Of a DNA stretch of 64,000 nt, positions 28,400-37,621 are shown piece by piece (position 1 is the first letter of the stretch; every line of letters starts with the position of its first letter). Made by a program: the position numbers and the translations under genes. Location of the stretch: assembly GCA_963708135.1 (NCBI GenBank), contig OY970192.1:1504001-1568000 (forward strand). The letters are read 5' to 3'. The stretch is from an uncultured Gemmatimonadales bacterium (GTDB taxonomy: Bacteria; Gemmatimonadota; Gemmatimonadetes; Longimicrobiales; RSA9). Below the pieces are notes generated by a model that saw nothing but the letters and a program-made list of their open reading frames with translations, did not search any database and was not told the origin of the DNA.

Positions 28400-29278
28400 C
28401 TAGGACCGGCTGCCTCGCACCGCCGGCTCGGGCCTGGCCTTCCGGCGGGGCGCGGTCGAGGGGAGCGCCGCGGTGGCGGGCGCCTCGCTCCGGCGCGCCC
28501 AGAGATAGGCGCCGAGAGCGATGATGAGAAGGCTGGCCACCTGCGAGGTGGAGAGGCCGAACACGATGCGGTCGCCCTTGGCGCGCACGAACTCTACCAG
28601 GAAGCGCTCGACGCCGTACAGGCCGAGATAGGCGCCGAAGAGCTGCCAGGGCCGGAGCGGGTTCTTCGACAGACGCCAGAGGATCGCGAAGATCACGAGC
28701 GCGGCCGCGATCTCGTAGAGCTGCGTGGGGTGCACCCGCACGACGGCCCAGTCGGGGACGTTGGCAGGGATGCTCCCGCCCACCGAGCGCAGGTAGCCGG
28801 CCGTGGTCGGCGGCGAGCCGTTCGGGAACGCGATGCCGACCCAGCTACGCGTCGGCAGCCCGTAATCGTCGCCCACGAGGAAGCAGCCCACCCGGCCCAC
28901 CGCGTACGCCAGGGCCAGCGCCGGCGCGGACGCGTCGAACATCGTGGCCAGCGGCAGCTTTCGGCGCCGCACCTGCCAGAAGTACATGAGCACGCCGCCG
29001 GCGAAGCCGCCGTACCAGACGAGCCCCCCACGGCTGGTGAGCTCGCCCACGGGGTCCAGCATGAGCTGGTGCCAGTGGAGCCCGAGATAGTAGAGCTTGG
29101 CGCCCACGATCCCGCCGATCGCCACCCAGGCGAGGACGTCCCACGCGATCTCCCGCTCCAAACCCCGGCGTCCGAGCTGAATGCTGAGAATCCAGGCCCC
29201 GGAGATGAAGGAGAGGAACATCATGAGCCCGAAGCTCGTGATGGTGAAGCTGCCGATTCTGAACAACGTGGGATACAT
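28400..29278 (-). CDS. lgt: Prolipoprotein diacylglyceryl transferase
   Basis: GGLVWYGG, GRVGCFLVGDDYG, HPTQLYE and RFLVEFVR motifs. Confidence 0.92.
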   Translation of the reverse strand: MYPTLFRIGSFTITSFGLMMFLSFISGAWILSIQLGRRGLEREIAWDVLAWVAIGGIVGAKLYYLGLHWHQLMLDPVGELTSRGGLVWYGGFAGGVLMYFWQVRRRKLPLATMFDASAPALALAYAVGRVGCFLVGDDYGLPTRSWVGIAFPNGSPPTTAGYLRSVGGSIPANVPDWAVVRVHPTQLYEIAAALVIFAILWRLSKNPLRPWQLFGAYLGLYGVERFLVEFVRAKGDRIVFGLSTSQVASLLIIALGAYLWARRSEAPATAALPSTAPRRKARPEPAVRGSRS

Positions 29279-29367
29279 GGGCGCTCCCGAGGGGGCGACG
29301 ATTACGTTCGAACGACCTACTCTAGTACCACCCAGCCCGCGTACGGATCCCGCGCGCGGGCTCCCCC

Positions 29368-30066
29368 TCAGTCGGCGGGCTCGAGGTTCTCCTCCACCTC
29401 CGCCTCCGAGGGCTCGACCCCCGCGATCCGCTCCCTGAGCTGCCGGGTAGCGAGCGCGGCCACGGAGCTGATCACGGCCTTTCCGAGCTCACGCCGGAGC
29501 CCGCCGGCGAGGGTCGCGCGGCGCCTCGCCCGGCGCCGCCGCCGGATCGGGCGGGGTGCCTCGTCGTCTTCCTCCTCCTCGTCCTCGTCCCAGTCCTCCC
29601 ACTCGTCCTCGGCCTCGGCCTCGGACCCGCCGGCCGCGCCCAGCAGCCGGCCGACCAGGAAGCCCGCGCCGAGGGCGAGGCCGACGCTCGCGAGCGGGTG
29701 CTCGCGGATCGCTTCCACCACGTCGTCGCCGATGACCTCCACCGGATGCGTTCGCAGGTAGGCGCCGCCGCTCTCCATGGCATCGCCCGTACGGCCCATC
29801 GCGCGGCCGAGCTTCCGCTTCAGGCCCGCCTCCGCGGCGAGGCTCTCGCCGCGCTCCTCGAGGCGTTCGCCGAGGCTCTCCATGCCCCCCGCCACCCTCG
29901 ACTTCCCCTGCTCCAGCGCGTCGGCGGCGCGCTCCCGGAACGCGCGGTAGGCGCCATCGGATTCGCGCTCTCCGGAGGGGCCCTCCGGCTCCCCCATCCG
30001 TCCCTGGCCGGGTGGCGGCGTACCCCAGCGGGCGCCGGCGTCGTGCTCTTCGCCGCGACTCTCCAT
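29368..30066 (-). CDS. Hypothetical protein, DUF883/ElaB/YqjD-like
   Basis: IREHPLASVGLALGAGFLVGRLL tail-anchor motif, an acidic tract, and AGGAGG RBS before ATG 30066. Confidence 0.6.
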   Translation of the reverse strand: MESRGEEHDAGARWGTPPPGQGRMGEPEGPSGERESDGAYRAFRERAADALEQGKSRVAGGMESLGERLEERGESLAAEAGLKRKLGRAMGRTGDAMESGGAYLRTHPVEVIGDDVVEAIREHPLASVGLALGAGFLVGRLLGAAGGSEAEAEDEWEDWDEDEEEEDDEAPRPIRRRRRARRRATLAGGLRRELGKAVISSVAALATRQLRERIAGVEPSEAEVEENLEPAD

Positions 30067-30115
30067 GACCCCTCCTTCACTGCGGATTTCTGTCCGTTCG
30101 GAACGCCGCCGCGGG

Positions 30116-30131
30116 TGCAAGACGCATACCC
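30116..30131 (-). promoter_or_regulatory. Putative sigma54 promoter for the DUF883-like gene
   Basis: Minus strand GGGTATG-CGTC-TTGCA, 50 nt upstream of the ATG. Confidence 0.55.
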
Positions 30132-30144
30132 CGGGCGGCCTCTC

Positions 30145-30777
30145 TCACGGCGTGTCCGGCTGCGGCGCGGCCGGCGCCGGCGGCGGCGTCTGGCCGCTCG
30201 GGAAGTGCACCTTCGGCGGCGTCTGCACGTTGGCCGGGGCCGAGAACGGCGTCTGCTCCTTGGCGCCGATCACCCTGGCCGTGAGCGTCTGCGGGAACTG
30301 CCGGATGTAGGTGTTGTACTCGCGCACGGCGTCGTTGTAGTCGCGGCGCGCCACGGCGATGCGGTTCTCCGTCGCGGTCAGCTCGTCCTGCAGCCCCGTG
30401 AAGTTCTGGTTCGCCCGCAGCTGGGGGTAGGCCTCGACCGAGACGCTGAGGAACGTGCGCAGATTGCTCGTGAGGGCGGCGCTCGCCTGCCCCAGCTCAT
30501 CGGCGCCGGCCTTCGACTGCACGGCGCTGGCCACGCGCTGGCGGGCCTGGTCGAGCCCGGAGCGCGCCTCCGCCACCTGCGTGTACGTCTGCTTCTCGAA
30601 CTGCGCCGCGCCCTGCACCGTCGCCACCAGGTTCGGGATCAGGTCGTTCCGCCGCAACAGCTCGGTGTCGATGTTGGCACGGGTCTGCTTGACCTGCTCG
30701 TCCAGCGACTGGATGCGGTTGTAGCCGCAGCCGGCCAGGAGCACGAGCAGCGGCGCCCACAGAAGGTGACGCTTCAT
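30145..30777 (-). CDS. lemA: LemA family protein (lipoprotein signal)
   Basis: GCGYN, RRNDLIPNLV, EAYPQLRA and ENRIAVARRDYN motifs. Confidence 0.92.
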   Translation of the reverse strand: MKRHLLWAPLLVLLAGCGYNRIQSLDEQVKQTRANIDTELLRRNDLIPNLVATVQGAAQFEKQTYTQVAEARSGLDQARQRVASAVQSKAGADELGQASAALTSNLRTFLSVSVEAYPQLRANQNFTGLQDELTATENRIAVARRDYNDAVREYNTYIRQFPQTLTARVIGAKEQTPFSAPANVQTPPKVHFPSGQTPPPAPAAPQPDTP

Positions 30778-31502
30778 CACACCTCTCCCTCGTCCAGGGT
30801 GTCCACGTATCGGATGGCCCGCTCGACTCCCGCGTGGTACGCCGCCACCAGCGCCGCGTCGGGCTCGAACCGGGCCGGCAGGCCGCGTGCCTTCCAGGCG
30901 CGCAGGAAAGGCGCGGCATCGAAGCCGGCGAGCGCCGCCGCGGCGGCGATGACTTCCTCCGTCGCCGCCGGCGGCGTGCCGCCGGCCAGGCGCAGCAAGG
31001 TCCGGAAGTAGGTGGTGAAGGACGGCAGCGCCGCGAGCAGCAGCCGGCCCCGCTCCGCGTCGCGCTCGCCGGTAACCATGAGCCCCGCGCGCAGCTGGAC
31101 CAGCTTGCCGCGCAGCTCGCGCTCCGCCTGCAGCCGCAGCGCGGGCAGATCGGGCGGGACGCCGTCCAGGGGATCGTCGCCCTTCAACACCGCGCGCGCG
31201 TCGCGCATGTCCGCCGCCTCGATCGCGAACGCATCCGATGCCGCGTGCCATTCGTCCCACGCCATGAGCAGCGGTGCGGTGTTGCCCGCCTCGACCCAGC
31301 GTCGGACGAGCGATCCCGCGAGCTTCAGCGCCGCCGGATCGACGCGGTCCAGGAGCACCAGCACGTTGACATCGCTGACCTCCGGCACCGCCTCCCCCCG
31401 CGCCACGCTGCCGTGCAGCAGCACGCTCCGCAGCCGCGGGCCGTACAGCGCCGCGAGCTCTTCCGCGAACCGCTCGGCGTTCTGCCTCGCACCCGTCACC
31501 AT
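30777..31502 (-). CDS. Nucleotidyltransferase-fold protein
   Basis: LHGSVARG...SDVNVL, DAFAIE and LRLQAERELR motifs. Confidence 0.75.
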   Translation of the reverse strand: MVTGARQNAERFAEELAALYGPRLRSVLLHGSVARGEAVPEVSDVNVLVLLDRVDPAALKLAGSLVRRWVEAGNTAPLLMAWDEWHAASDAFAIEAADMRDARAVLKGDDPLDGVPPDLPALRLQAERELRGKLVQLRAGLMVTGERDAERGRLLLAALPSFTTYFRTLLRLAGGTPPAATEEVIAAAAALAGFDAAPFLRAWKARGLPARFEPDAALVAAYHAGVERAIRYVDTLDEGEV

Positions 31503-31512
31503 GCCGGCCTCC

Positions 31513-32364
31513 TCACCAGCTGCGTCCCGCGCCACCGCCCCCGAATCCGCCGCCGCCCCCGAACCCGCCGAACCCGCCCCCACCGCCGCCGAATCCACCC
31601 ATCCCACCGCCGAATCCGCCCCAGCCGCCGCGGTGCGAGCCGCCCATCGGGAACGGCAGGATGATCGGCCCGCGCCAGCGGCGCCCGCCCGGGCCGCCGC
31701 CGCCCCGCCCGCCGCCGCGGAACGAGCCCAGGATGACGAGGGCGATGATCACCCAGAAGATGATCGAGCCGACCGTGCCGGTGCCGCCCCCATGAGCCCC
31801 CTCCGGCGGCGGCGGCGGCACGGCGCCGGTGAGCTCGAAGCCGAACTCCCGCGCGTACAGCCCCGCCACCGCCGCCACGCCCTGGAGGAGGCCCTGCCCG
31901 TAGTCGCGCTTCCTGAGCTCCGGGATCACCGACTGGTCGAGGATCCGGCCCGCCTGCGCGGCGGTGATGAACGCCGTCGTGCCGATTCCCGTCTCGATCT
32001 TCACGTGCCCGCGGCCGTCCTTCGACGTCTCCTTCGGCACCAGCAGGATGACCACGCCCGTGTTGCGCGCCCGGTCCCCCGGCTTGCCCGACTTGCCGAT
32101 CTTCCACTGCCGGCCGATCTCGAGCGACACCTCGTCCAGCGGCCGCCCCTGCAGGTCCGGCAGGGTCACCACGACGATCTCGCCCCCGGACTTGGCGCGC
32201 ACCTCCGCGATGATGCGCTCCATCGCCTGCTGGTCCGCCGCCGGGATCACCCCCGCGAAGTCGTTCACGTACCCGCGCGGCGCCGGCAGCTGGAGCTGCT
32301 GCGCGGACGCGGCCGGGGCCGCGAGGGCGGGCAGAAGGGCGGCAAAGGCGAGCACGCGCTTCAT
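31513..32364 (-). CDS. TPM domain protein with TM helix and Gly-rich tail
   Basis: Signal peptide, YVNDFAGV, WKIGK, TM helix and GGFGGFGGG..GGGGAGRSW tail. Confidence 0.88.
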   Translation of the reverse strand: MKRVLAFAALLPALAAPAASAQQLQLPAPRGYVNDFAGVIPAADQQAMERIIAEVRAKSGGEIVVVTLPDLQGRPLDEVSLEIGRQWKIGKSGKPGDRARNTGVVILLVPKETSKDGRGHVKIETGIGTTAFITAAQAGRILDQSVIPELRKRDYGQGLLQGVAAVAGLYAREFGFELTGAVPPPPPEGAHGGGTGTVGSIIFWVIIALVILGSFRGGGRGGGGPGGRRWRGPIILPFPMGGSHRGGWGGFGGGMGGFGGGGGGFGGFGGGGGFGGGGAGRSW

Positions 32365-32397
32365 GGATCCACTTCGTTCGGGGAGCACCGTGGAGGG

Positions 32398-32425
32398 AAT
32401 GTAGCCGGGCGGTGGAGGGGGTCAA
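32398..32425 (-). promoter_or_regulatory. Putative sigma70 promoter of TPM-NTase-lemA
   Basis: Minus strand TTGACC-N16-TACATT. Confidence 0.45.
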
Positions 32426-32661
32426 GCGGAGGGGCCGCCGGAGCGTGTGCGTCGCTATCTGCGACTTCGGCGGCGGAGGGGATCCTGCCGTGGCCCCGTT
32501 CGCCCACGCGGGTGCCCCCATGAGCATCCCGTCGAGCCGGCCCGGCAAGTCCGGTTGCCTGGGTGGGATGCCGGGGCGGAGGCGGGCGGACGGCCGCGGG
32601 CGGCGCGTTCGGCTCGCCGCCCGCGACTTGCTGCGCCAGAATCGCTTTCAGGTCGAGGTCA

Positions 32662-33339
32662 CTATGAGGCGCCGAGGTGCGTCACATCGCTGCCCGCATA
32701 CTGGCAGGTCACCGTGGGATTCCAGTCGCTGAAGACGCCGCTCGGGTTCTCCTGCCACACCCACGCGTGCAGCCCCCAGATGCCGAAGGCGTCGTTGTGG
32801 TGGAAGGGGACACCGCCGAACAGGGTAGGCGCCGGATCGGTGGCCGGCACGAGCGTGTAGGGGATGATGTACTCGACGCCCACCAGCTGCATGCGCCCGT
32901 TCTTCTGCGGCGCGTACATGAGCAGCTCGGGCTTGCGCGCGTCCGGCACGGGGTCGTTGATGTAGGTCGGGTTGCCGTAGTGGTAGCCCATGGTGCCGGC
33001 CGGCAGGTTGTCCATGCAGTTGGTGACCTCCACCGTCCAGCCCGCGTCCTGCGCCGCCTGGAAGTCGTGGAAGCGCGCCGTCACCTGCCGCAGCGCGGCC
33101 AGGTCGCGGTCCGCCGCGGCCGACCCGCCGCTGCTGCCCATGTCGAACGCCACCTGCCCGGCGGGGCCCCGCTGCGCCGCGGGCGCGTCGATCGGCTGGT
33201 CGCACGCGGCCGCCAGCAGGAGCGCCAGCGCGCCGGCCGCTCCGGCCCGCGCGATCCGCCCGGCCGCTGCGCCCGCCCGGCCGCTGCCCCCCGCGCGCCG
33301 CCCCGCGGCCGTCTCCCGATCCAGCATTCTCGATTCCAT
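32662..33339 (-). CDS. Hypothetical lipoprotein
   Basis: Lipobox LLAAAC, MGYHY, PELLMY, LVGVEY and LHAWVW..NP motifs. GGAGG RBS. Confidence 0.7.
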   Translation of the reverse strand: MESRMLDRETAAGRRAGGSGRAGAAAGRIARAGAAGALALLLAAACDQPIDAPAAQRGPAGQVAFDMGSSGGSAAADRDLAALRQVTARFHDFQAAQDAGWTVEVTNCMDNLPAGTMGYHYGNPTYINDPVPDARKPELLMYAPQKNGRMQLVGVEYIIPYTLVPATDPAPTLFGGVPFHHNDAFGIWGLHAWVWQENPSGVFSDWNPTVTCQYAGSDVTHLGAS

Positions 33340-33382
33340 CACAAGACCTCCCCATGGTTTGTGGTCGAGGGAAATGGCGAGC

Positions 33383-33751
33383 TCAACCGAGCGACACTGG
33401 CGCGGCACCTCCGGCGATCGCCTCCACGATTCGGGCGGCCCCGACGATGGTGACGCCGGGCGCGAGATCGGCATCGCTGATGCCGCGCGGCTTCGTGCAG
33501 GCGCCGCAGAGCCAGACCGCGCCACCGTTTTCAAGGAGCTCCACGATGAGATCGGTGAGCGGAGGCAGCCCTTCCGAGACGATGCCGTCGGCGCCGCCGC
33601 GCGTGCCCAGCCGTACGGCCTCGACCGTACACACCACGACCGCCTGCTGGCCGGCCGCCGCGGCGACGTTCGCGCCGACGAACGGGAGGGTCGCGCGCTC
33701 GGGGTCCTCCCCGCCATGCGTGCAGTTGAACAGGATGCGCTGGTTCATCAT
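33383..33751 (-). CDS. DsrE/DsrF-like (YchN/peroxiredoxin-type) protein
   Basis: THGGEDPERAT.PF, EAV and WLCGAC (CxxC) motifs. Confidence 0.8.
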   Translation of the reverse strand: MMNQRILFNCTHGGEDPERATLPFVGANVAAAAGQQAVVVCTVEAVRLGTRGGADGIVSEGLPPLTDLIVELLENGGAVWLCGACTKPRGISDADLAPGVTIVGAARIVEAIAGGAAPVSLG

Positions 33752-34377
33752 GGACTCTCCACGGTAATGGTGATGGATCCGTCGGGTGCGCTTGCGGTGC
33801 CGATGACGCGATGGCCGAGCAGGCGCGCGAGGGCGGGCAGGTCCTCTCGCGCGGCCGGGTCGCGCGTAGTCACCTCCAGCATCTCGCCCGGCATGAGAGC
33901 GTCCACCCGGCGCCGGAACTCGGCCGGCAGCCCGGTGCCGCACCCGAGGTCGCCGGCATCGAACCGGTGCACGCGCACGCCCTCCCGCGGGGCCGTAGCC
34001 TCGCCAGCCTCGCCGGCGGCGCGGAAGCCGGAGCAGACCAGGTGCATCCAGGTCACGAGCCCGCCGCCGAGCTCGCAGTACGCCTGCTGCTCGACCACGA
34101 AAGGCTGGCCGTCCTCCTCGCCGCTCAGGCGGTAGCCGAGGCGCCAGCGGTCCTGCACCTGGTCTACGGCGAAATCGAGGAGCTTCAAGCCGGCGAGCTC
34201 ACCGAACCACGTCCGGAACACGGCCGCGGCATCCTTCGCGCTGTCCGCGGTCCACAACCTTCCGGGCGCCAGCCCGCGGAACTCGATCGCGGGAGCGAGC
34301 CGCCGCTCGAGGCCGGCGTAGTCTCCGCCGACGAGGGTCTCGATCAGCCGTTCCAGTGTCTGTCGGGGGTCATGCAA
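33748..34377 (-). CDS. SnoaL/NTF2-like domain fused to a TusA-like sulfur-carrier domain
   Basis: N-terminal NTF2-like region ending LVCSGF. C-terminal DAGDLGCG...GEMLEVTTRDPAAREDL..ARLLGH. TTG start after GGAGG. Confidence 0.65.
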   Translation of the reverse strand: MHDPRQTLERLIETLVGGDYAGLERRLAPAIEFRGLAPGRLWTADSAKDAAAVFRTWFGELAGLKLLDFAVDQVQDRWRLGYRLSGEEDGQPFVVEQQAYCELGGGLVTWMHLVCSGFRAAGEAGEATAPREGVRVHRFDAGDLGCGTGLPAEFRRRVDALMPGEMLEVTTRDPAAREDLPALARLLGHRVIGTASAPDGSITITVESP

Positions 34378-34494
34378 CTCTCGCCTCCGTGTGCTGGTCC
34401 GAGCACAGGATGGCGACGAAGGAGCGGCGGAGCGTGGGGGGACGCCCCCTATTTTTGGGCGAGCGCCCACCCAGATTGCGACCGGCGGCCGGGG

Positions 34495-37209
34495 CTATTC
34501 GTCGGCGACGTCGAGCCCGAGCGCCCTGGCGGCGGCGGGAGCATCACGCCGGCTCGCGCAGCCCAGCTTCCGCAGGACGGCCGACACATGGTGCTCCACG
34601 GTCCTGGGAGAGAGAAAGAGCCGGGTGGCGATGACCGGGTTGGTCAGCCCTTCCGCGAGCAGCGCCAGCACCTGCGCCTCGCGGCGGGTGAGTCCCGCGG
34701 GGTTTGCGCGCGTGGTCCGCCTCGCGCCGACAGGCACGCGGCGACCCTCCGCCCTCAGTCGGCCACGGAGCACGGCCGCCCGCCGCGTGGCGCCGACGCG
34801 GTCGAAGAAGCGCAGCGCCTCGGCCGCAGCGTTGTCGTCGCCATCCGCCAGGGCTTCCGCCCGGTGGTAGGCCGCGCCCAGCTCGTTCCACGCCGCCGCC
34901 GCCGCACGCCACGCGCCGGCGAGCGCCAGTCGGTACGGCTGCGCCGGTGCGATCTCGCGGGCGCGCGGGTTGGCCTGCCCGCCGGCGCCCGCGGCTGCGT
35001 CCCGCCACAGGCCGGCACGCCAGCGCCAGAACGCCAGCTCGCCGAACCACCACGGGTCTCCAGCCTCCGTGGCCAGCAGCAGCGCCCGGCCGGTCGCGGT
35101 GTCCACCGTCGCGGTGTCGCCTTCGAGCCACGCCAATTCCGCGAGCGCGGCTGCAACCGGGGCGATCCGCTGCATCTCACCGGTGGGATCCGCCCGTGCC
35201 CGCGCCTCGGCAAGAGTGTCCGCCGCACCAGCGTCGCCCCTCCGCGCCTGCAGCGTGCCGAGCGCGATCAGCGCGGGGATGTCGGTGACGCCCGCATGCT
35301 TGCGCTCCGAGAGCACGCCCCGCGCGTCCGATTCCGCGCCGGCCCAGTCGCCTCGCTCGAGCCGAACCTCCGCCCGCACGCCGGTCAGATACTGCGCATA
35401 GGCATCGAGGTCGTGGGCCCGAGCGTAGCTCAGGGCCCGCTCGAGCAGGGGTTCCCCCGTGCGCAGGTCGCGCCGGTCCACGATGCTGTAGGCGCGGTTC
35501 ACCAGCGCACGGGCCGCGTGGTCCTCCAGGCCGGCGGCATTCCCGATGGCGAACGCCTCCTCGAGCTGCTCGACCGCCTCCGGGGCCCCCGCGTTCAGGC
35601 CGACCGTCCCGACATTCGTGAGCGCGTGTGTGAGCGCCTCCTGGTCGCCGAGCGTGCGGGCGAGCGCGACCGCGCGACCGCCCCACTCCAGCGCCGGCTG
35701 GGCTCGCCGCGACAGCATGTGAAGCTGTGAGAGATTGCTGTACGCCATCGCCAGCTCATGCGACGGCGGGAGTGCCTCGAGCACGCGCACCGCAGCCTCG
35801 CCGGCCGCCTCCGCCTCCACCGGCTGTCCGGCCCACCAGTGAAGCCGCGAGAGCCACCTCTGCGCTGCGCCCACGCGCTCGGAGCGTCCGAGCGCTTGCC
35901 AGGCCGCGAGCGCGTCCGCCCGCGCGCGGATCGCGTCGGTGACGCGCGCGCAGAGGTACGCCTCGTACGAATAGCCCTCCAGCAGTTCGGCCCGGTCCTC
36001 GGGAGGCAGCGAGCCTGCGTGCGCCACGGCCTGCGCATAATACTGCAACGCTTCCCGGTGGGCGGCGGCGCGAGAGGCCTCGCGCGCGGCCGGCGGCGCG
36101 AAGCGCAGGACCGCGCCGTCGTCGTCGGCTGCGGCGGCGTGGTGGACGAGTCGAGCCAGGGGGACATCCCCAATGGTCTCGTGCCGTTCGGCGAGCGTGG
36201 CCAGGGTGCGCGCGTGGAGTGCGCGCCGGCGCAGCTCGCCGATCGACCCCTCCACCGCCCGGCGCGCGAGCTCGTGGCGGAACTCGACGGCCCGGCCGCT
36301 GACCCGCAGCAGGCCCGCCTGGACGCACTCGGGCAGCGCCTCGAGGTCGGCTCCGGAGTGCCGCAGAAGCTCCACCTCGGCGGAGCCCGGCACGACGGCG
36401 GCGAGCTCGAGAGCGGCGAGCCCGCTCGCCGACAGCCGGCGCACGCGGCTCAGCACGGCGTCGCGCACCGTCGCGGGAAGGCGCTCTCCGGGCGTCGCGA
36501 GCAACTCGTGGACGAAAAACGGATTCCCTCTGGTCAGTGCGTGCAGCCCCTCGGCACTCCGGCCGGCAACGCGGGCCAACTCCGCCACAGCGCCGGCGGA
36601 CAGCGGGGCGAGCGCGATTCGCGTCGTGACGCTCGGCGCGAAAGTGCCGAGGAAGGCTTCCAGCGCAGGGTTCGCGGCGAGCTCGTCGTCGCGGTATGTC
36701 AGGGCGAGCACCGCCGGCAAGGGGGCAACTCGCCGGCCGAGCAGCATGAGGACGTCGAGCGTGGCCTCGTCAGCCCAGTGGATGTCCTCGATCACCAGGA
36801 GCGAAGGAACGCGTGCGGCTTCCAGCGCATCCAGGAGAGCCGCGAAGATCGCGTCCGTCGATGCGCCGGCGAGGACCAGCGAGGAGAGGTCGCCCCCGAT
36901 CTGGCGGGCAAGGTCGCGAACGGGTCCCAGGACGCGAGGCGTGTGCAGGGGGTCGCAGGCACCCCAGAAGGCGCGCGCCCCGCGAGCCGACGCCGCAACG
37001 GCGTGGAGTAGCGTCGTCTTCCCGGCACCGGCCTCCCCGGCAACAAGGCACACACGCCCCGTTCCGGTCGCCGCCGATGCGAGGGCGGCTCTGAGCTGCT
37101 CGAGCGGCCCTTCGCGCTCGAGAAGCGGCTCGTCCGGCGGGGAAGGAGGCGTCCCCTGCCCTGCCGCGACCGTCGCGCGGGGATTGGAGGACCGTGGTTC
37201 TGTCGGCAT
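34495..37209 (-). CDS. AAA ATPase-TPR-LuxR HTH regulator (MalT/LAL type)
   Basis: LLERE, GEAGAGKT (Walker A), IEDIHWAD, GNPFF, FRHEL and LTRRE..VLALL..GLTN..IA..L.LS..TVEHHVS motifs. Confidence 0.9.
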   Translation of the reverse strand: MPTEPRSSNPRATVAAGQGTPPSPPDEPLLEREGPLEQLRAALASAATGTGRVCLVAGEAGAGKTTLLHAVAASARGARAFWGACDPLHTPRVLGPVRDLARQIGGDLSSLVLAGASTDAIFAALLDALEAARVPSLLVIEDIHWADEATLDVLMLLGRRVAPLPAVLALTYRDDELAANPALEAFLGTFAPSVTTRIALAPLSAGAVAELARVAGRSAEGLHALTRGNPFFVHELLATPGERLPATVRDAVLSRVRRLSASGLAALELAAVVPGSAEVELLRHSGADLEALPECVQAGLLRVSGRAVEFRHELARRAVEGSIGELRRRALHARTLATLAERHETIGDVPLARLVHHAAAADDDGAVLRFAPPAAREASRAAAHREALQYYAQAVAHAGSLPPEDRAELLEGYSYEAYLCARVTDAIRARADALAAWQALGRSERVGAAQRWLSRLHWWAGQPVEAEAAGEAAVRVLEALPPSHELAMAYSNLSQLHMLSRRAQPALEWGGRAVALARTLGDQEALTHALTNVGTVGLNAGAPEAVEQLEEAFAIGNAAGLEDHAARALVNRAYSIVDRRDLRTGEPLLERALSYARAHDLDAYAQYLTGVRAEVRLERGDWAGAESDARGVLSERKHAGVTDIPALIALGTLQARRGDAGAADTLAEARARADPTGEMQRIAPVAAALAELAWLEGDTATVDTATGRALLLATEAGDPWWFGELAFWRWRAGLWRDAAAGAGGQANPRAREIAPAQPYRLALAGAWRAAAAAWNELGAAYHRAEALADGDDNAAAEALRFFDRVGATRRAAVLRGRLRAEGRRVPVGARRTTRANPAGLTRREAQVLALLAEGLTNPVIATRLFLSPRTVEHHVSAVLRKLGCASRRDAPAAARALGLDVADE

Positions 37210-37308
37210 AGGCTCTCCGGAAATGGCGCGTCTCCACCGGGCGGCCCGTCCTCCAGCCGCCACCCCTCTGCAGCAGAAGCGGCGCGCCCCATGGTCCTCG
37301 ATGCACGA

Positions 37309-37337
37309 CGCCCCGGCAGGGAATCCCTGCCGGGGCG
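37309..37337 (-). terminator. GC hairpin just downstream of tRNA-Arg
   Basis: CGCCCCGGCAGGG-AAT-CCCTGCCGGGGCG, a 13-bp stem. Confidence 0.55.
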
Positions 37338-37350
37338 CTCTCCTGCCCAG

Positions 37351-37426
37351 TGCCCCCGGCAGGACTCGAACCTGCGGCAGACGCGGTTTAGGAAACCGCC
37401 GCTCTATCCACCTGAGCTACGGGGGC
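37351..37426 (-). tRNA. tRNA-Arg (anticodon CCT)
   Basis: GCCCCCG acceptor stem, D arm TAGCTCAGGTGGATAGAGC, anticodon arm GCGGT-TTCCTAA-ACCGC and T loop GTTCGAG. CCA is not encoded. Confidence 0.95.
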
Positions 37427-37621
37427 ATAACACGTTCTAGGAGCACGCGTTGGGTCTGTCCGGGCGAGCCGCTCCCGTGCCACGCAACTCCATAATCTAC
37501 TCGACGGGGGCGACGAGTTCCACCCCGCCCGCAGCGCCGATACCGTTGACCCGCGCGGGCCCGGCAACGTACCGTGAACGTCTCTCCGCCGCAGGGTTCC
37601 ACGACCTCCAGGGAGGTGCCC

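Noticed and set aside
31520..31630. Short tandem CCGCCGAA(C/T) repeats
   Set aside because: They encode the Gly/Phe-rich tail of the TPM protein. No spacers or cas genes, so not CRISPR.
32430..32660. Possible structured ncRNA (GCATCCC...GGGATGC stem)
   Set aside because: No recognisable SRP, 6S or riboswitch motifs. Such stems are expected at this GC content.
33300..37426. Prophage or integrative element at tRNA-Arg
   Set aside because: No integrase, phage genes or distal att duplication seen.
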